Source: Candidatus Sigynarchaeum calidifontis
GTDB taxonomy: Archaea > Asgardarchaeota > Lokiarchaeia > Sigyniarchaeales > Sigyniarchaeaceae
Assembly: GCA_030587475.2 (NCBI GenBank)
Contig: JAUQYZ020000238.1
Span: 1 to 16,931, forward strand
Length of the DNA: 16,931 nt
Direction: 5' to 3'
In this document: positions 5,900 through 14,639 of the stretch, one piece after another
Position numbering within the stretch: the stretch's first letter is position 1
Layout of the letters: the number at the start of each line of letters is the position of its first letter
Notes under the pieces: model-generated
What the model was told of the DNA's origin: nothing
What the model saw: the letters and a program-made list of their open reading frames with translations, nothing else
Databases searched by the model: none
Made by a program: the position numbers and the translations under genes

Positions 5900-7934
5900 C
5901 ACGTGCGGCCTTTCATTCCGGGATTCTCCCACGGGGGCTGTATACAACAACAGCTTCGTGAACAACACCCAATACCAGGCTACCGTTACGTTCGATGTTG
6001 CGACATGCGAATGGGATCGTGGCGGTATCGGAAATTACTGGAGTGATTATACCAACAAGTATCCCCAGGCTACAAACGACAACGTGACGTGGAACTTGCC
6101 GTATATTATCAAGGGGAAATACATGGACGAGCACCCGCTCGTGCGACCCCACGACGTGCCTCTGCCGGCCCAGGCCCGTGATTACTCTCCCATCGCATCA
6201 TTCGCCATCGGGAACGCGATCGTTATCGCCAACTCGATGGCCCAGTTTATTTTCACGGGAAACGTTGGGAACGCTCCCGCGTCGTTTCAATGGAATTTCG
6301 GCGATGGTTCGGCCAATTCGACCTACGAGAGCCCTAGCTACGCCTACAAGACGGCGGGCACCTACTCTGTCGCGCTCACCATAACCGACGTGGATGGCGA
6401 CACGAGCACGGTTACCCGTGCGGATTGCATCACGATCCTGCCAGACTACTATCCCGTGGCGAATTTCGCGGTATCCGCCAGTACGATAAGCCCCGGCTCG
6501 TCCGTGACGTTCATGTATACCGGTACAGAAGGAAACTCGCCTCTATCGCTGAAATGGTATTTATATGGCTCCAACGTGAGTTACGCGTATACCCGAAACC
6601 CCACCGTGATTTATCCTAAGGTGGGCACGTACCATGTCATCCTCTGGGCCACCGATGTCGATGGCGACAAGTGCACGCTCGTGCGCGCCAATTGCGTTAC
6701 CGTTACCGACAATGCCACTCCCGCCGATCTCCAACCCGTCGCCAGCTTTTCCGTGAACGCGTCTCGTGTCGTGGCGGGGCAAGATGTCTCCTTCACCTAC
6801 ACGGGCATCACCGGGGACGGGACACCTTCGTATCAATGGTGCTTCGGCGATGGGAGCGCGAACGACACGCGTCGCGATCCTGTCCACCGCTTCGTCACCC
6901 CAGGTAGTTATCTGGTAAGGCTAACGGTGGTCGACCAGGACGGCGACGTGTCGACCACGACGGCTGCGTTCCCGGTGGTTGTCGAGGCCGACGTTGCGCC
7001 GGTCGCCCGCTTCTCACAGAACGCCTCCTTGATAATGGTGAACCAGACGATCCAGTACCGATTCAGTGGCAGCGAGGGGAATGCACCAGCGACCTTGCGA
7101 TGGAATTTCGGCGACGGCTCGCCAGTCTCTTGCGAACGGAACCCGCGCCACCGGTACGCCTCGTGGGGCGTGTACAACGTCACCCTCGAAGTCGTGGATC
7201 GTGATGGCGACAGGAGCACGGTCGTGGTGATAGCAAGTGTTGTCGTGCTTCCTAGAATTTTCCCGCAGGCGATGTTTTCCGTTCAAGATTTGGAATCTGG
7301 AGCGAGCTACGCCAAGCAGTTCACGTTTACCGGCGATCAAGCCCATGGTCTCGTATCCCGTGAATGGATGTTCGGGGATGGAACGGTCTCGAACGAGGAA
7401 AACCCGGTTCATGTCTATGCTCGGCCTGGCGATTATAACGTCACGCTCACCATCACGGACATCTTCGGCAATACCGATACCGTCTCTCGAGTCGTTTCGA
7501 TTATCACGACGCCGCCTTCACCAGGCGAAGAGCCACCTGCCTTGCCACGTCCCGACGATCTCCCGCCAGGAGATATTCTTGATGGAAAGCAGCAGCAAAC
7601 GCGCGTGTTGGAGGGGTTACTATCCGCCATCGCGGTGGTTGGCCTGGTCATCGGCATAGTTGCGGGCCGGATGGGGTTTGCAAAACGGCATGTTCGACGC
7701 CAGAAGAGCCAAAAGCCTTGGATTACCAATAACCAAGCCTCGATGGCACTCCCTGGTCAAGCAGGATTAGATCTCTTGCAAGAGTTGCGCGAGCGGGACT
7801 TGGGTCGACCGAGTGTATACACGGCCTACGTGATTGAAAGTGAAGGCAATGTGCGGAAGCTAGTGGTACAGCATCAAGGGACGAACACGAATTCAAGGAA
7901 CCTGAGTCCCCCCAAAACCAGTGTGATCCAATGA
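5631..7934 (+). CDS. Membrane-anchored surface protein: NosD/beta-helix C-part + five PKD domains + Pro-rich linker + TM helix (continuation of the 5183 frame after a +1 shift)
   Basis: YNNSFVNN..WDRGGIGNYWSDY..LPYII..DEHPL; four W(N/C/M)FGDG..P...Y/F..G.Y.V.L PKD repeats plus one divergent (KWYLYGS); PPSPGEEPPALPRPDDLPP linker; LLSAIAVVGLVIGIVAG followed by basic KRHVRRQK. Confidence 0.9.
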   Translation: MANRKKARVPIPMVSRASTRVTSILNRIKKEISDAAPSQSQTPSYSQGIFVWFTNGLSVTSNKFSSCGSYGAYVWYSNYTLFTQNWVWNNTCGLSFRDSPTGAVYNNSFVNNTQYQATVTFDVATCEWDRGGIGNYWSDYTNKYPQATNDNVTWNLPYIIKGKYMDEHPLVRPHDVPLPAQARDYSPIASFAIGNAIVIANSMAQFIFTGNVGNAPASFQWNFGDGSANSTYESPSYAYKTAGTYSVALTITDVDGDTSTVTRADCITILPDYYPVANFAVSASTISPGSSVTFMYTGTEGNSPLSLKWYLYGSNVSYAYTRNPTVIYPKVGTYHVILWATDVDGDKCTLVRANCVTVTDNATPADLQPVASFSVNASRVVAGQDVSFTYTGITGDGTPSYQWCFGDGSANDTRRDPVHRFVTPGSYLVRLTVVDQDGDVSTTTAAFPVVVEADVAPVARFSQNASLIMVNQTIQYRFSGSEGNAPATLRWNFGDGSPVSCERNPRHRYASWGVYNVTLEVVDRDGDRSTVVVIASVVVLPRIFPQAMFSVQDLESGASYAKQFTFTGDQAHGLVSREWMFGDGTVSNEENPVHVYARPGDYNVTLTITDIFGNTDTVSRVVSIITTPPSPGEEPPALPRPDDLPPGDILDGKQQQTRVLEGLLSAIAVVGLVIGIVAGRMGFAKRHVRRQKSQKPWITNNQASMALPGQAGLDLLQELRERDLGRPSVYTAYVIESEGNVRKLVVQHQGTNTNSRNLSPPKTSVIQ

Positions 7935-8317
7935 CCCCTTTTATCGAGCGCTCATTTCTTGATGATACTATAAACATCATCGCATAACATTTGGTTTTTC
8001 TCGCCAGGAAGAAAAACTGTGGTTTCCCGGCGGCGCGACGCCTCGACCCTAATCTCGATGGGATATCCTTGTTCCTCTTTATACGCTGCACTTTCGTCGA
8101 TGCCATGGCCTTGCTAGAGCTGTCGAAAGCTTCTGGATCGATTCAATCAAGCATAGAAGGGATCGATGACGAGCGCATACACGCTGATGTTTCGTAAAAC
8201 AATTTTTTCTACATCTCAAGTGTTGTCCACATTGAAAAAGGCGATCGATAGTCGAGCATGCGAAAATTGTTATAACATCAGTCAGATGTGATCTTTGTTC
8301 AATTTAGGGTGTGAAGG

Positions 8318-8782
8318 TTGGCGGATAACGAGGCATCCGAAGTCCTCCGGGATCCCAAGACAGGCATTATCTGGTGGGTGTACCCGCGGGCCGAGACGCT
8401 GGAGGTCGTGTCTCGCGTGGTAGAAGAAATCATGAAGATCGCGGAAGAAACCGGCGAGAAGCGCGTCGTCTTCGATGCACGGCGGCTCGACTCGACCAGC
8501 TCGATCTGGGGCATTTTCGAGCGCACTGAACTCGTGGCGAAGCGTGTCCAGGGGAAGGGCATGCGCGTTGCCGCGCTTTTCAGCAATCATATCCCTGTGA
8601 AAGAGACCCAGTTCCTGGAGGACGTGGCAAGAAACCGCGGCATGGAATTGACCGTCCAGCCAGACAAGGAATCAGCATTGCGCTGGCTCGATAACAAGCC
8701 AGAAACGAGGCAGGCGCCTAATTCTTCGTCTCGAGCGATGGATCCCAAGGCACGCGGGCAGCCGGGTTCCCGCCGAAGATAG
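8318..8782 (+). CDS. SpoIIAA-like / STAS-SEC14-like domain protein
   Basis: RVVFDARRL..MRVAALFS..QFLEDVARNRGMELTVQPDKESALRWL matches the family pattern (hhhD.R, r.A.v, F.E.va.nrG, eA..WL); TTG start; the 3' end overlaps the convergent gene. Confidence 0.7.
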   Translation: MADNEASEVLRDPKTGIIWWVYPRAETLEVVSRVVEEIMKIAEETGEKRVVFDARRLDSTSSIWGIFERTELVAKRVQGKGMRVAALFSNHIPVKETQFLEDVARNRGMELTVQPDKESALRWLDNKPETRQAPNSSSRAMDPKARGQPGSRRR

Positions 8783-9545
8783 CATTTTCGGGCACGTTCT
8801 CGTCCAAGCGAACGACTGATTTTGCGAGAATGGTGCACCGTTTGCCAAGCATCGCGCCCGGGGACACGCGCACTCGTTCTCCGACGATGCAGCCTTGCCC
8901 GATGGTCACCCTCTTGACGATGAGGTGCGTCGGGGTGAAATAATGGCTCGTGATGGCCGCGGCCCTGCCGATCGCCGCGCCATCCTGGATCTCGACGAAC
9001 TCCGTGTCGATCCACGAGTCGATCGTGCCCATCGCTTTGCCGATCTTCACGGAACCGAGTCCCAACTGATTGTAGACGTATCGTCCCTTCATGACAGTGA
9101 ACGGCGTGAGCTGGAGCAGCCAGCACGGGAATTTTTTCAAGGCACGGCGGGCATGCCAATGATAGTAATCCGGGTTCTTGAAATCACGCGGAAAGATGCC
9201 CTCGCGTGGCTTGTGGCGATGTATCTCGAAAAACAAGAAAAACTTGGCTACCTTGATGGCGCAATAGGCATTCAAGTAGTGCACGGCCAGCAGGTTGAAG
9301 GGGAACAGCAGCCAGACGAAGAGGCGTCCCCAAGGCTCGATGATCGACACGGTTTCAAGGACGTGTTGGAATATCGGGAGCCCTATGGGGTTCCAATCGA
9401 GTGCAAGGCCCAGGTACACGTATTCGAGCGCCATCGCGGGTACGATCGAGAACCACATCTCCAGCAACATCAACAAGACGTACCATTTCGACGGGATGAT
9501 GCAGTTCGTCATGGGGCCCATCTTCAGCCCGGTCGGCGCGGACAT
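8718..9545 (-). CDS. Membrane-anchored left-handed beta-helix (hexapeptide-repeat) acyltransferase-like protein
   Basis: Two N-terminal hydrophobic segments, PREGIFPR motif, then LGLGSVKIGK..IDTEFVEIQDGAAIGRAAAITSH..VTIGQGCIVGERVRVSPGAMLG..IFGGNPA. Confidence 0.85.
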   Translation of the reverse strand: MSAPTGLKMGPMTNCIIPSKWYVLLMLLEMWFSIVPAMALEYVYLGLALDWNPIGLPIFQHVLETVSIIEPWGRLFVWLLFPFNLLAVHYLNAYCAIKVAKFFLFFEIHRHKPREGIFPRDFKNPDYYHWHARRALKKFPCWLLQLTPFTVMKGRYVYNQLGLGSVKIGKAMGTIDSWIDTEFVEIQDGAAIGRAAAITSHYFTPTHLIVKRVTIGQGCIVGERVRVSPGAMLGKRCTILAKSVVRLDENVPENAIFGGNPAARVPWDPSLETKN

Positions 9546-9563
9546 CTCGGTTACCTCGACACC

Positions 9564-10301
9564 TCAATCAAGCCTTTTCATTTTTCTCACCGGGTTCCCG
9601 GCATACAAGTGGTTCGCCTCGATGTTGGCATCGAGCAGCGTGCTGGAATTGGCACCGATCACGCAAGAATGACCTATGTTCGTGCCCGGCGCGAGAATCG
9701 AATAGGCACCGATGACGGTATGTTCCCCGATGGTCGTTCGACGGGCGATGTAGGCGTCTTGGTAGAGCCCGTGGCTCATGACCGTGCTATTCATGCCGAT
9801 CATGCAGTAATCGCCCACGTTGACCAGCTCGGAATCGACCCACGCCTCGTGGAGGACGACCGTCTTCCCAACGTGCACCCCGAGCGCCGTGTAGGCGATC
9901 TTGTCCACCCACGGGAAGGTCGAGTTTCGCGTCAACCAGATCGCGTATTGCTTGAAAAAAGCGCGCGCTTGGTACCCGCGCATTTCCTTGCCGTCACGCT
10001 CGAACATGCCTTCAATAACGGGATATCGCTTCTCGATGATGGACACGGCGATTTTCACGAAGAAAAGCGACGAGAGGATGAACACGTAAGCAAGCCCGAT
10101 AATCTCGAGCGGTAGTAAGAGGATGATCCACCACAGCTGGAGAACCAGGTAGTAATATGTCCAACCAACTCCGACGGTCGCCATGGTCGCGCAGTAAAAA
10201 ATGAAGATCAACCATTTCGGGTGCGTTGCCACTAGCGGGGGTGCCAGCGTCACGTGCATTTCGTTGACGGGGCCTCGACTGGCCGTCTTCGCGGGTTCCA
10301 T
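9564..10301 (-). CDS. Membrane-anchored left-handed beta-helix acyltransferase-like protein, tandem paralog
   Basis: Two TM segments, PVIEGMFER, LGVHVGKTVVL..VDSELVNVGDYCMIGMNSTVMSH..TTIGEHTVIGAYSILAPGTNIG..LYAGNPVRK. Start placed at ATG 10301, because the ORF-track start at 10688 overlaps the M20 gene. Confidence 0.83.
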   Translation of the reverse strand: MEPAKTASRGPVNEMHVTLAPPLVATHPKWLIFIFYCATMATVGVGWTYYYLVLQLWWIILLLPLEIIGLAYVFILSSLFFVKIAVSIIEKRYPVIEGMFERDGKEMRGYQARAFFKQYAIWLTRNSTFPWVDKIAYTALGVHVGKTVVLHEAWVDSELVNVGDYCMIGMNSTVMSHGLYQDAYIARRTTIGEHTVIGAYSILAPGTNIGHSCVIGANSSTLLDANIEANHLYAGNPVRKMKRLD

Positions 10302-10320
10302 CAGTGGAACAAATGCAGTC

Positions 10321-10335
10321 CGAATAATTAACTTC
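10321..10335. promoter_or_regulatory. AT-rich box between divergent genes; possible shared TATA
   Basis: cgaataattaacttc sits ~20-35 nt from both ATG 10301(-) and GTG 10356(+). Confidence 0.4.
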
Positions 10336-10355
10336 GTAGGAGGCATGGTACACTC

Positions 10356-11528
10356 GTGTCTAGCGATATCGACGTGGCCAAGTTGGCAAGCGAGCTCGTG
10401 GCAATCCCATCGGATCCACCGCGACACGCGGAAACGGGAATGGTAAATTTTCTCAAAGCGTTGTTCACGCGACATGGGTGTATTTGTATCGAAATACCGA
10501 CCGTCCTTGGACCAGGACGCGATGATCTCCTCGTGCTTGGCCAAGAGCTGGGAGATACATGGGAGAATCATCGCCATGGCACGGGCCTGCTCTTTTCCGC
10601 GCACATGGACGTGGTTCCCGTGGGAGAGAGTGCCACGTGGGAGGACGGAAAAGTTTCCCCGTGGATCGATGCCGCGGGGTTCTTGCACGGGCGCGGCGCC
10701 GTGGACATGAAAGGCGGCATGGCATCATTTATATCGGCATTCTTGAGGAATCTCGATACGATCAAGAAAAACAGGCATGCCTTGATAGGATTGCTTTTTA
10801 CCGTCGACGAGGAAACTTCCTTGGCCGGTGCGAGTGCCTTCGCCACTTCGCCGCATGCCCGGCTTTTCGACAAGGCGATCTTGCCAGAACCGACGGGATT
10901 GCGGCCCGTCAGGGGGCACAAGGGGGTCTTGTTCTTGCGATTCACGGTGCGTGGAAAAGCCGCGCACGGGGCGGTGCCAGAGCGAGGCGTGAACGCGATC
11001 AACCTTGCGATGAACATGTACCAGGCCATCGATGCCCAATTCAAGAGCATCCGCGCTGCGCGGACCCATGCCGTACTCGGTCCGCCTGCCATGAACCTCG
11101 GGATGTTTTCCGGTGGGGAAAAGGTGAACGTCGTGCCGGACACTTGCACCTTCTCGTTAGATCGACGTATCACCCCTGGCGAGACGCCAGCGGGGGTCGT
11201 AGGCGAGATGATTGCAGCAGCAAGGTTACGCCCGCTGCCGCCCGGCGCATCATTTTCGCACGAGATCATCAACGCAAGGCCACCCTATTACCTCGAAGAC
11301 GACCAAGAGTTCTTGCAACGAATTTGTTCGATAACCGGCACGCCAGAAATAATGGACGGATACACGGAAGCGGGAATTTATTACAATGATGCAAGCATAC
11401 CGACCGTCATCCTGGGCCCCGGCAATATCAGCGGGGCGCACGTTGCCAACGAGAAGATCGCCATCGCGGATCTAGTGGCTGCGGAAAGGATATATGCCAG
11501 GATAATGATGGATCATTCCAACGAATAA
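10356..11528 (+). CDS. M20 family metallopeptidase (ArgE/DapE-like deacylase)
   Basis: AHMDVVP, GRGAVDMKGG, DEE, PEPT, GKAAHG, NVVPD, GYTEA, GPG..AHVANE. Confidence 0.93.
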   Translation: MSSDIDVAKLASELVAIPSDPPRHAETGMVNFLKALFTRHGCICIEIPTVLGPGRDDLLVLGQELGDTWENHRHGTGLLFSAHMDVVPVGESATWEDGKVSPWIDAAGFLHGRGAVDMKGGMASFISAFLRNLDTIKKNRHALIGLLFTVDEETSLAGASAFATSPHARLFDKAILPEPTGLRPVRGHKGVLFLRFTVRGKAAHGAVPERGVNAINLAMNMYQAIDAQFKSIRAARTHAVLGPPAMNLGMFSGGEKVNVVPDTCTFSLDRRITPGETPAGVVGEMIAAARLRPLPPGASFSHEIINARPPYYLEDDQEFLQRICSITGTPEIMDGYTEAGIYYNDASIPTVILGPGNISGAHVANEKIAIADLVAAERIYARIMMDHSNE

Positions 11529-11550
11529 GGACGCGCGCTGGTGCAAGCAC

Positions 11551-12258
11551 GTGGACAATAACAAGAAGGATAAACTTGCCATTTTCGACATGGATGGGAC
11601 GATCGTCCATTTTTCCATCGATTCCACGGCAGCTCGCTCCGACGTGATCGACTTCCTCAAGACCAAGATCAACCTTCCCGATGGCATTCTCGACGTCAAG
11701 TTCACGACGACGGAGCTGGTCGCCAGGTCGAAAGAACATCTCGTGCGGTTCAACAAGGAACAACCAGATTGGGCCACAATACGCGACGAGATTTTCAGGA
11801 TCGTTGAGGTCCACGAGAACCGGGCGGCCGAGATCAGCACTCCAATAGATGGCATCATCGAGGTCCTGGAAGACTTGCATCGATCTGGCATCATGGCGGC
11901 TATCTGCACGTACAATTCCACGCGGAACGCCAACATGGTACTCTCCCGCACGGGCCTGGCACGATACTTTTCCCTCGTGGTCGGTCGCGACTTGGTGCCA
12001 GACAAAACGAAGCCTAACCCCGCGCACGGCCAATACATCCTCGACAAGCTGGGGATCTCCAACGAGAATGCTTGCATGACCGGGGACCATCCTTTCGACA
12101 TCGACATGGCGGTCGCCATGGGGGTGAAAGCGATAGCGATCACGAGTATCAGGCATCCAGCAAGTGATTTCGCGCGCTTCAAGGACATTGCCATCGTGAG
12201 CGACAAGGAATACCACCTGCTCGCGCCCGCCATCAAGTCCGCCCTTGGTGTTTCGTGA
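11551..12258 (+). CDS. HAD-superfamily hydrolase, subfamily IA (phosphoglycolate phosphatase-like)
   Basis: Motif I FDMDGT, motif II CTYN, motif III KPNP, motif IV GDHPFD. Confidence 0.92.
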   Translation: MDNNKKDKLAIFDMDGTIVHFSIDSTAARSDVIDFLKTKINLPDGILDVKFTTTELVARSKEHLVRFNKEQPDWATIRDEIFRIVEVHENRAAEISTPIDGIIEVLEDLHRSGIMAAICTYNSTRNANMVLSRTGLARYFSLVVGRDLVPDKTKPNPAHGQYILDKLGISNENACMTGDHPFDIDMAVAMGVKAIAITSIRHPASDFARFKDIAIVSDKEYHLLAPAIKSALGVS

Positions 12259-12371
12259 GGCGCCGCTGGAAAATGTGGCGATGGCTCACGACCATCCATT
12301 CCAAAGTATTTATGCTTCCCCGCGCCTTTTCTTGCTCGATTTTCCTATCCAATATCCATGGTCAAACAGCG

Positions 12372-13505
12372 ATGGCGAATAAACCGCGTGTATACATCAC
12401 TACCACCGTGTTCGGCGAGATAGCGCGAAATCCCCTCATTTCGGCGACCGTTCGCAATCAAATCGACAATGCTTGGGCTGATTTGCGGCAAGTTGCCGAC
12501 GTGATCGTTTTCAATGGCCGTTTCCCAGACAGTGCCGAGATCAAGAAACAAGTCGAGGATCCAAGAACAAGATTCATCGGATGCCACTTGTCACACAAAA
12601 TCGATGCTGAATGGCTCGTCAATTCGAACGTGGTGGCCGTTTGCACGGCAACCATGGGCTTTGACCACGTTGGTCAGGCACCGGGAGTCCTCATCACGCA
12701 CACTCCGGGTGTGCTCAACCTTGCAGTCGGGGACTACACGATCGCCCTTATCGAGACTGCATTGCGAAACACGAATGGTCTCCACGAGCGAGTCTGGTCC
12801 GGGGAATGGACCAAGAACGCGTTGCCATGGGATCTCGATGGCGATATCTCGCGGTCACTCGATGGCCAGGTGCTCGGCATCATCGGGCTCGGGGAAATCG
12901 GCTTGGAGGTCGCCCGCCGTGTCCAGCCATGGAACGTGAAGATCCTCTATTACGATATTGCTCGGCGCGAAGATGCGGAAAAGCAATTCAAGATGGGTTT
13001 TCGGCCAGACATGAAAAGCATCTTTAAAGAGGCGGACATCGTCTCCCTGCACATCCCGCTCAACAAGGAAACCAAGGGTATCGTCAACGAGTCCTTGTTA
13101 TCAGAAATGAAGGACGGGTCGCTTCTCGTGAACACGGCAAGGGGCGGGATCCTCAACACCGCGGATCTCATCGCACTGCTCGACTCGGGCAAGAAGAAAA
13201 TCAACTTCGCGACGGATGTCTACGAGACCGAGCCGATCCCGCTCGATATACTCGATAAATTCAAGGCGATCAAGCGAAAGTACCCCGAGCTGCGCTTCGT
13301 TTTCATGCCCCACAACGCGTCTGCAGATGGGAACACGCGTGGCACCATGGCCAAGATGTTGCTCGAGGACTTGTACTGGCTCATCAAGTCGAAGAGGATT
13401 GAAGACTTGAAAAAGTGCCGGATCATTGCCCCGCAAAAAAGGGCGCTGTTCGATGAAGGCAAGGTCAATGAATTCCGGATTAGCAAATACTGGAAGGAGA
13501 AGTGA
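12372..13505 (+). CDS. D-isomer-specific 2-hydroxyacid dehydrogenase (glyoxylate/hydroxypyruvate reductase-like)
   Basis: GFDHV, THTPGVL, Rossmann GIIGLGEIG, SLHIPLNKET, NTARGG (Arg), DVYETEP (Glu), PHNAS (His). Start placed at ATG 12372 (MANKPRVYIT). Confidence 0.92.
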   Translation: MANKPRVYITTTVFGEIARNPLISATVRNQIDNAWADLRQVADVIVFNGRFPDSAEIKKQVEDPRTRFIGCHLSHKIDAEWLVNSNVVAVCTATMGFDHVGQAPGVLITHTPGVLNLAVGDYTIALIETALRNTNGLHERVWSGEWTKNALPWDLDGDISRSLDGQVLGIIGLGEIGLEVARRVQPWNVKILYYDIARREDAEKQFKMGFRPDMKSIFKEADIVSLHIPLNKETKGIVNESLLSEMKDGSLLVNTARGGILNTADLIALLDSGKKKINFATDVYETEPIPLDILDKFKAIKRKYPELRFVFMPHNASADGNTRGTMAKMLLEDLYWLIKSKRIEDLKKCRIIAPQKRALFDEGKVNEFRISKYWKEK

Positions 13506-13514
13506 ACTACACTC

Positions 13515-14588
13515 GTGGCTGCCAAGAAGATGGTCATCGTCGGCGAGATAAATTGTGATTTGTTCTACAAGAACGAGTTCTTCAAGATCCTCGAAGAAAA
13601 AATCGCCGACCAGGTGCATGATGCGATCGTCAAGCGAGGTTCTACGGGATCCTCTGAAATCAAGAAGATCGTGCACGATGCCATAGCAGACATGCCTAAA
13701 AAGAACCCAAGCGAGGCATGCATCAAGCGCGGCGGGAACGGGAACAACTCGACAGAGCTTTTCGGCAAGCTCGGCGTGCCCGTCAAGTTGATCTCCGTCA
13801 CGGGCACCGGATCCGAGTGGATGAAAGCCGAGCTCGCAGCCATGGGCGTCGACACGTCATGCATCTTCCAGCTACCAAAAACGCAGCCGATCTCGACGAT
13901 CATCGAGGACCCGACGACGACCAAGATTTTCACGGCCGCGAACTTCAAGCGCGAGATGAATTTCTCGTCGATCAAGCTCAAGAAAGAAGACCTCGCGGAT
14001 GCGTCTATCGCATTCTTCACCCCGATGGGCGCCAAGTTCGAGCCGATCTTGTCCATGCTCAGGGAAATGAATCTAGAGATTCCCATCGCCATCACGGTCG
14101 AGATCCAGGCAATCGACAAGCTCGAGACCTTGCAACAAGTGGTAAAAAACAAGGTTGACATGATGTTCGTTAATAAAACAGATGCATTGCATATATCGGG
14201 AAAAAACACCCTCGACGAGGCAGATCAAGTCCTTTCACGCTTCGCGAAAATTCGTTTCATCACGCTGGGTGTTGAGGGCTCGCTCATTTGTTCCGACTTC
14301 ACCGCCCCGATCTCCATAGCCATCTTTAAAGTCGCGGTCATCGACCGAACGGGCGCCGGGGATGCATTCGCGGGGGGTGTCTTGCTTAAATGTCACGAGA
14401 TGGCAGAACATGGGGAGAATGTTGTAGTTCAGCTGGAAAAGGCAAGTGATATTGAACGTCGAGCCATCCTCGAAAGTCTTGGCGTGTTCGGATCGGCTGT
14501 CGCGGCGCTGAAAGTTTCGATGGGCCGTACCCCGATGCGCGGCGAGTTGCGTGATTTCTTGTCCAAGAATCCCGTGCCGTCACCATGA
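13515..14588 (+). CDS. PfkB/ribokinase-family carbohydrate kinase (atypical)
   Basis: GGNGNN..KLG, ITLGVEGS, VIDRTGAGDAFAGG signature; starts 9 bp after the dehydrogenase stop. Confidence 0.9.
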   Translation: MAAKKMVIVGEINCDLFYKNEFFKILEEKIADQVHDAIVKRGSTGSSEIKKIVHDAIADMPKKNPSEACIKRGGNGNNSTELFGKLGVPVKLISVTGTGSEWMKAELAAMGVDTSCIFQLPKTQPISTIIEDPTTTKIFTAANFKREMNFSSIKLKKEDLADASIAFFTPMGAKFEPILSMLREMNLEIPIAITVEIQAIDKLETLQQVVKNKVDMMFVNKTDALHISGKNTLDEADQVLSRFAKIRFITLGVEGSLICSDFTAPISIAIFKVAVIDRTGAGDAFAGGVLLKCHEMAEHGENVVVQLEKASDIERRAILESLGVFGSAVAALKVSMGRTPMRGELRDFLSKNPVPSP

Positions 14589-14639
14589 TATGGACGTCGT
14601 GAACGAAGACCCATTTTAATGATATCAAGATCAAAGCAT

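Noticed and set aside
8895-10115. 406-aa plus-strand ORF
   Set aside because: Antisense shadow of the two LbH genes; no motifs, and composition typical of GC-rich reverse frames
10302-10688. N-terminal extension of the 374-aa LbH ORF
   Set aside because: Overlaps the well-supported M20 gene on the opposite strand and is absent from the paralog
12255-12371. N-terminal extension of the dehydrogenase ORF
   Set aside because: Family-like sequence begins at MANKPRVYIT; the extension covers an AT-rich promoter-like stretch
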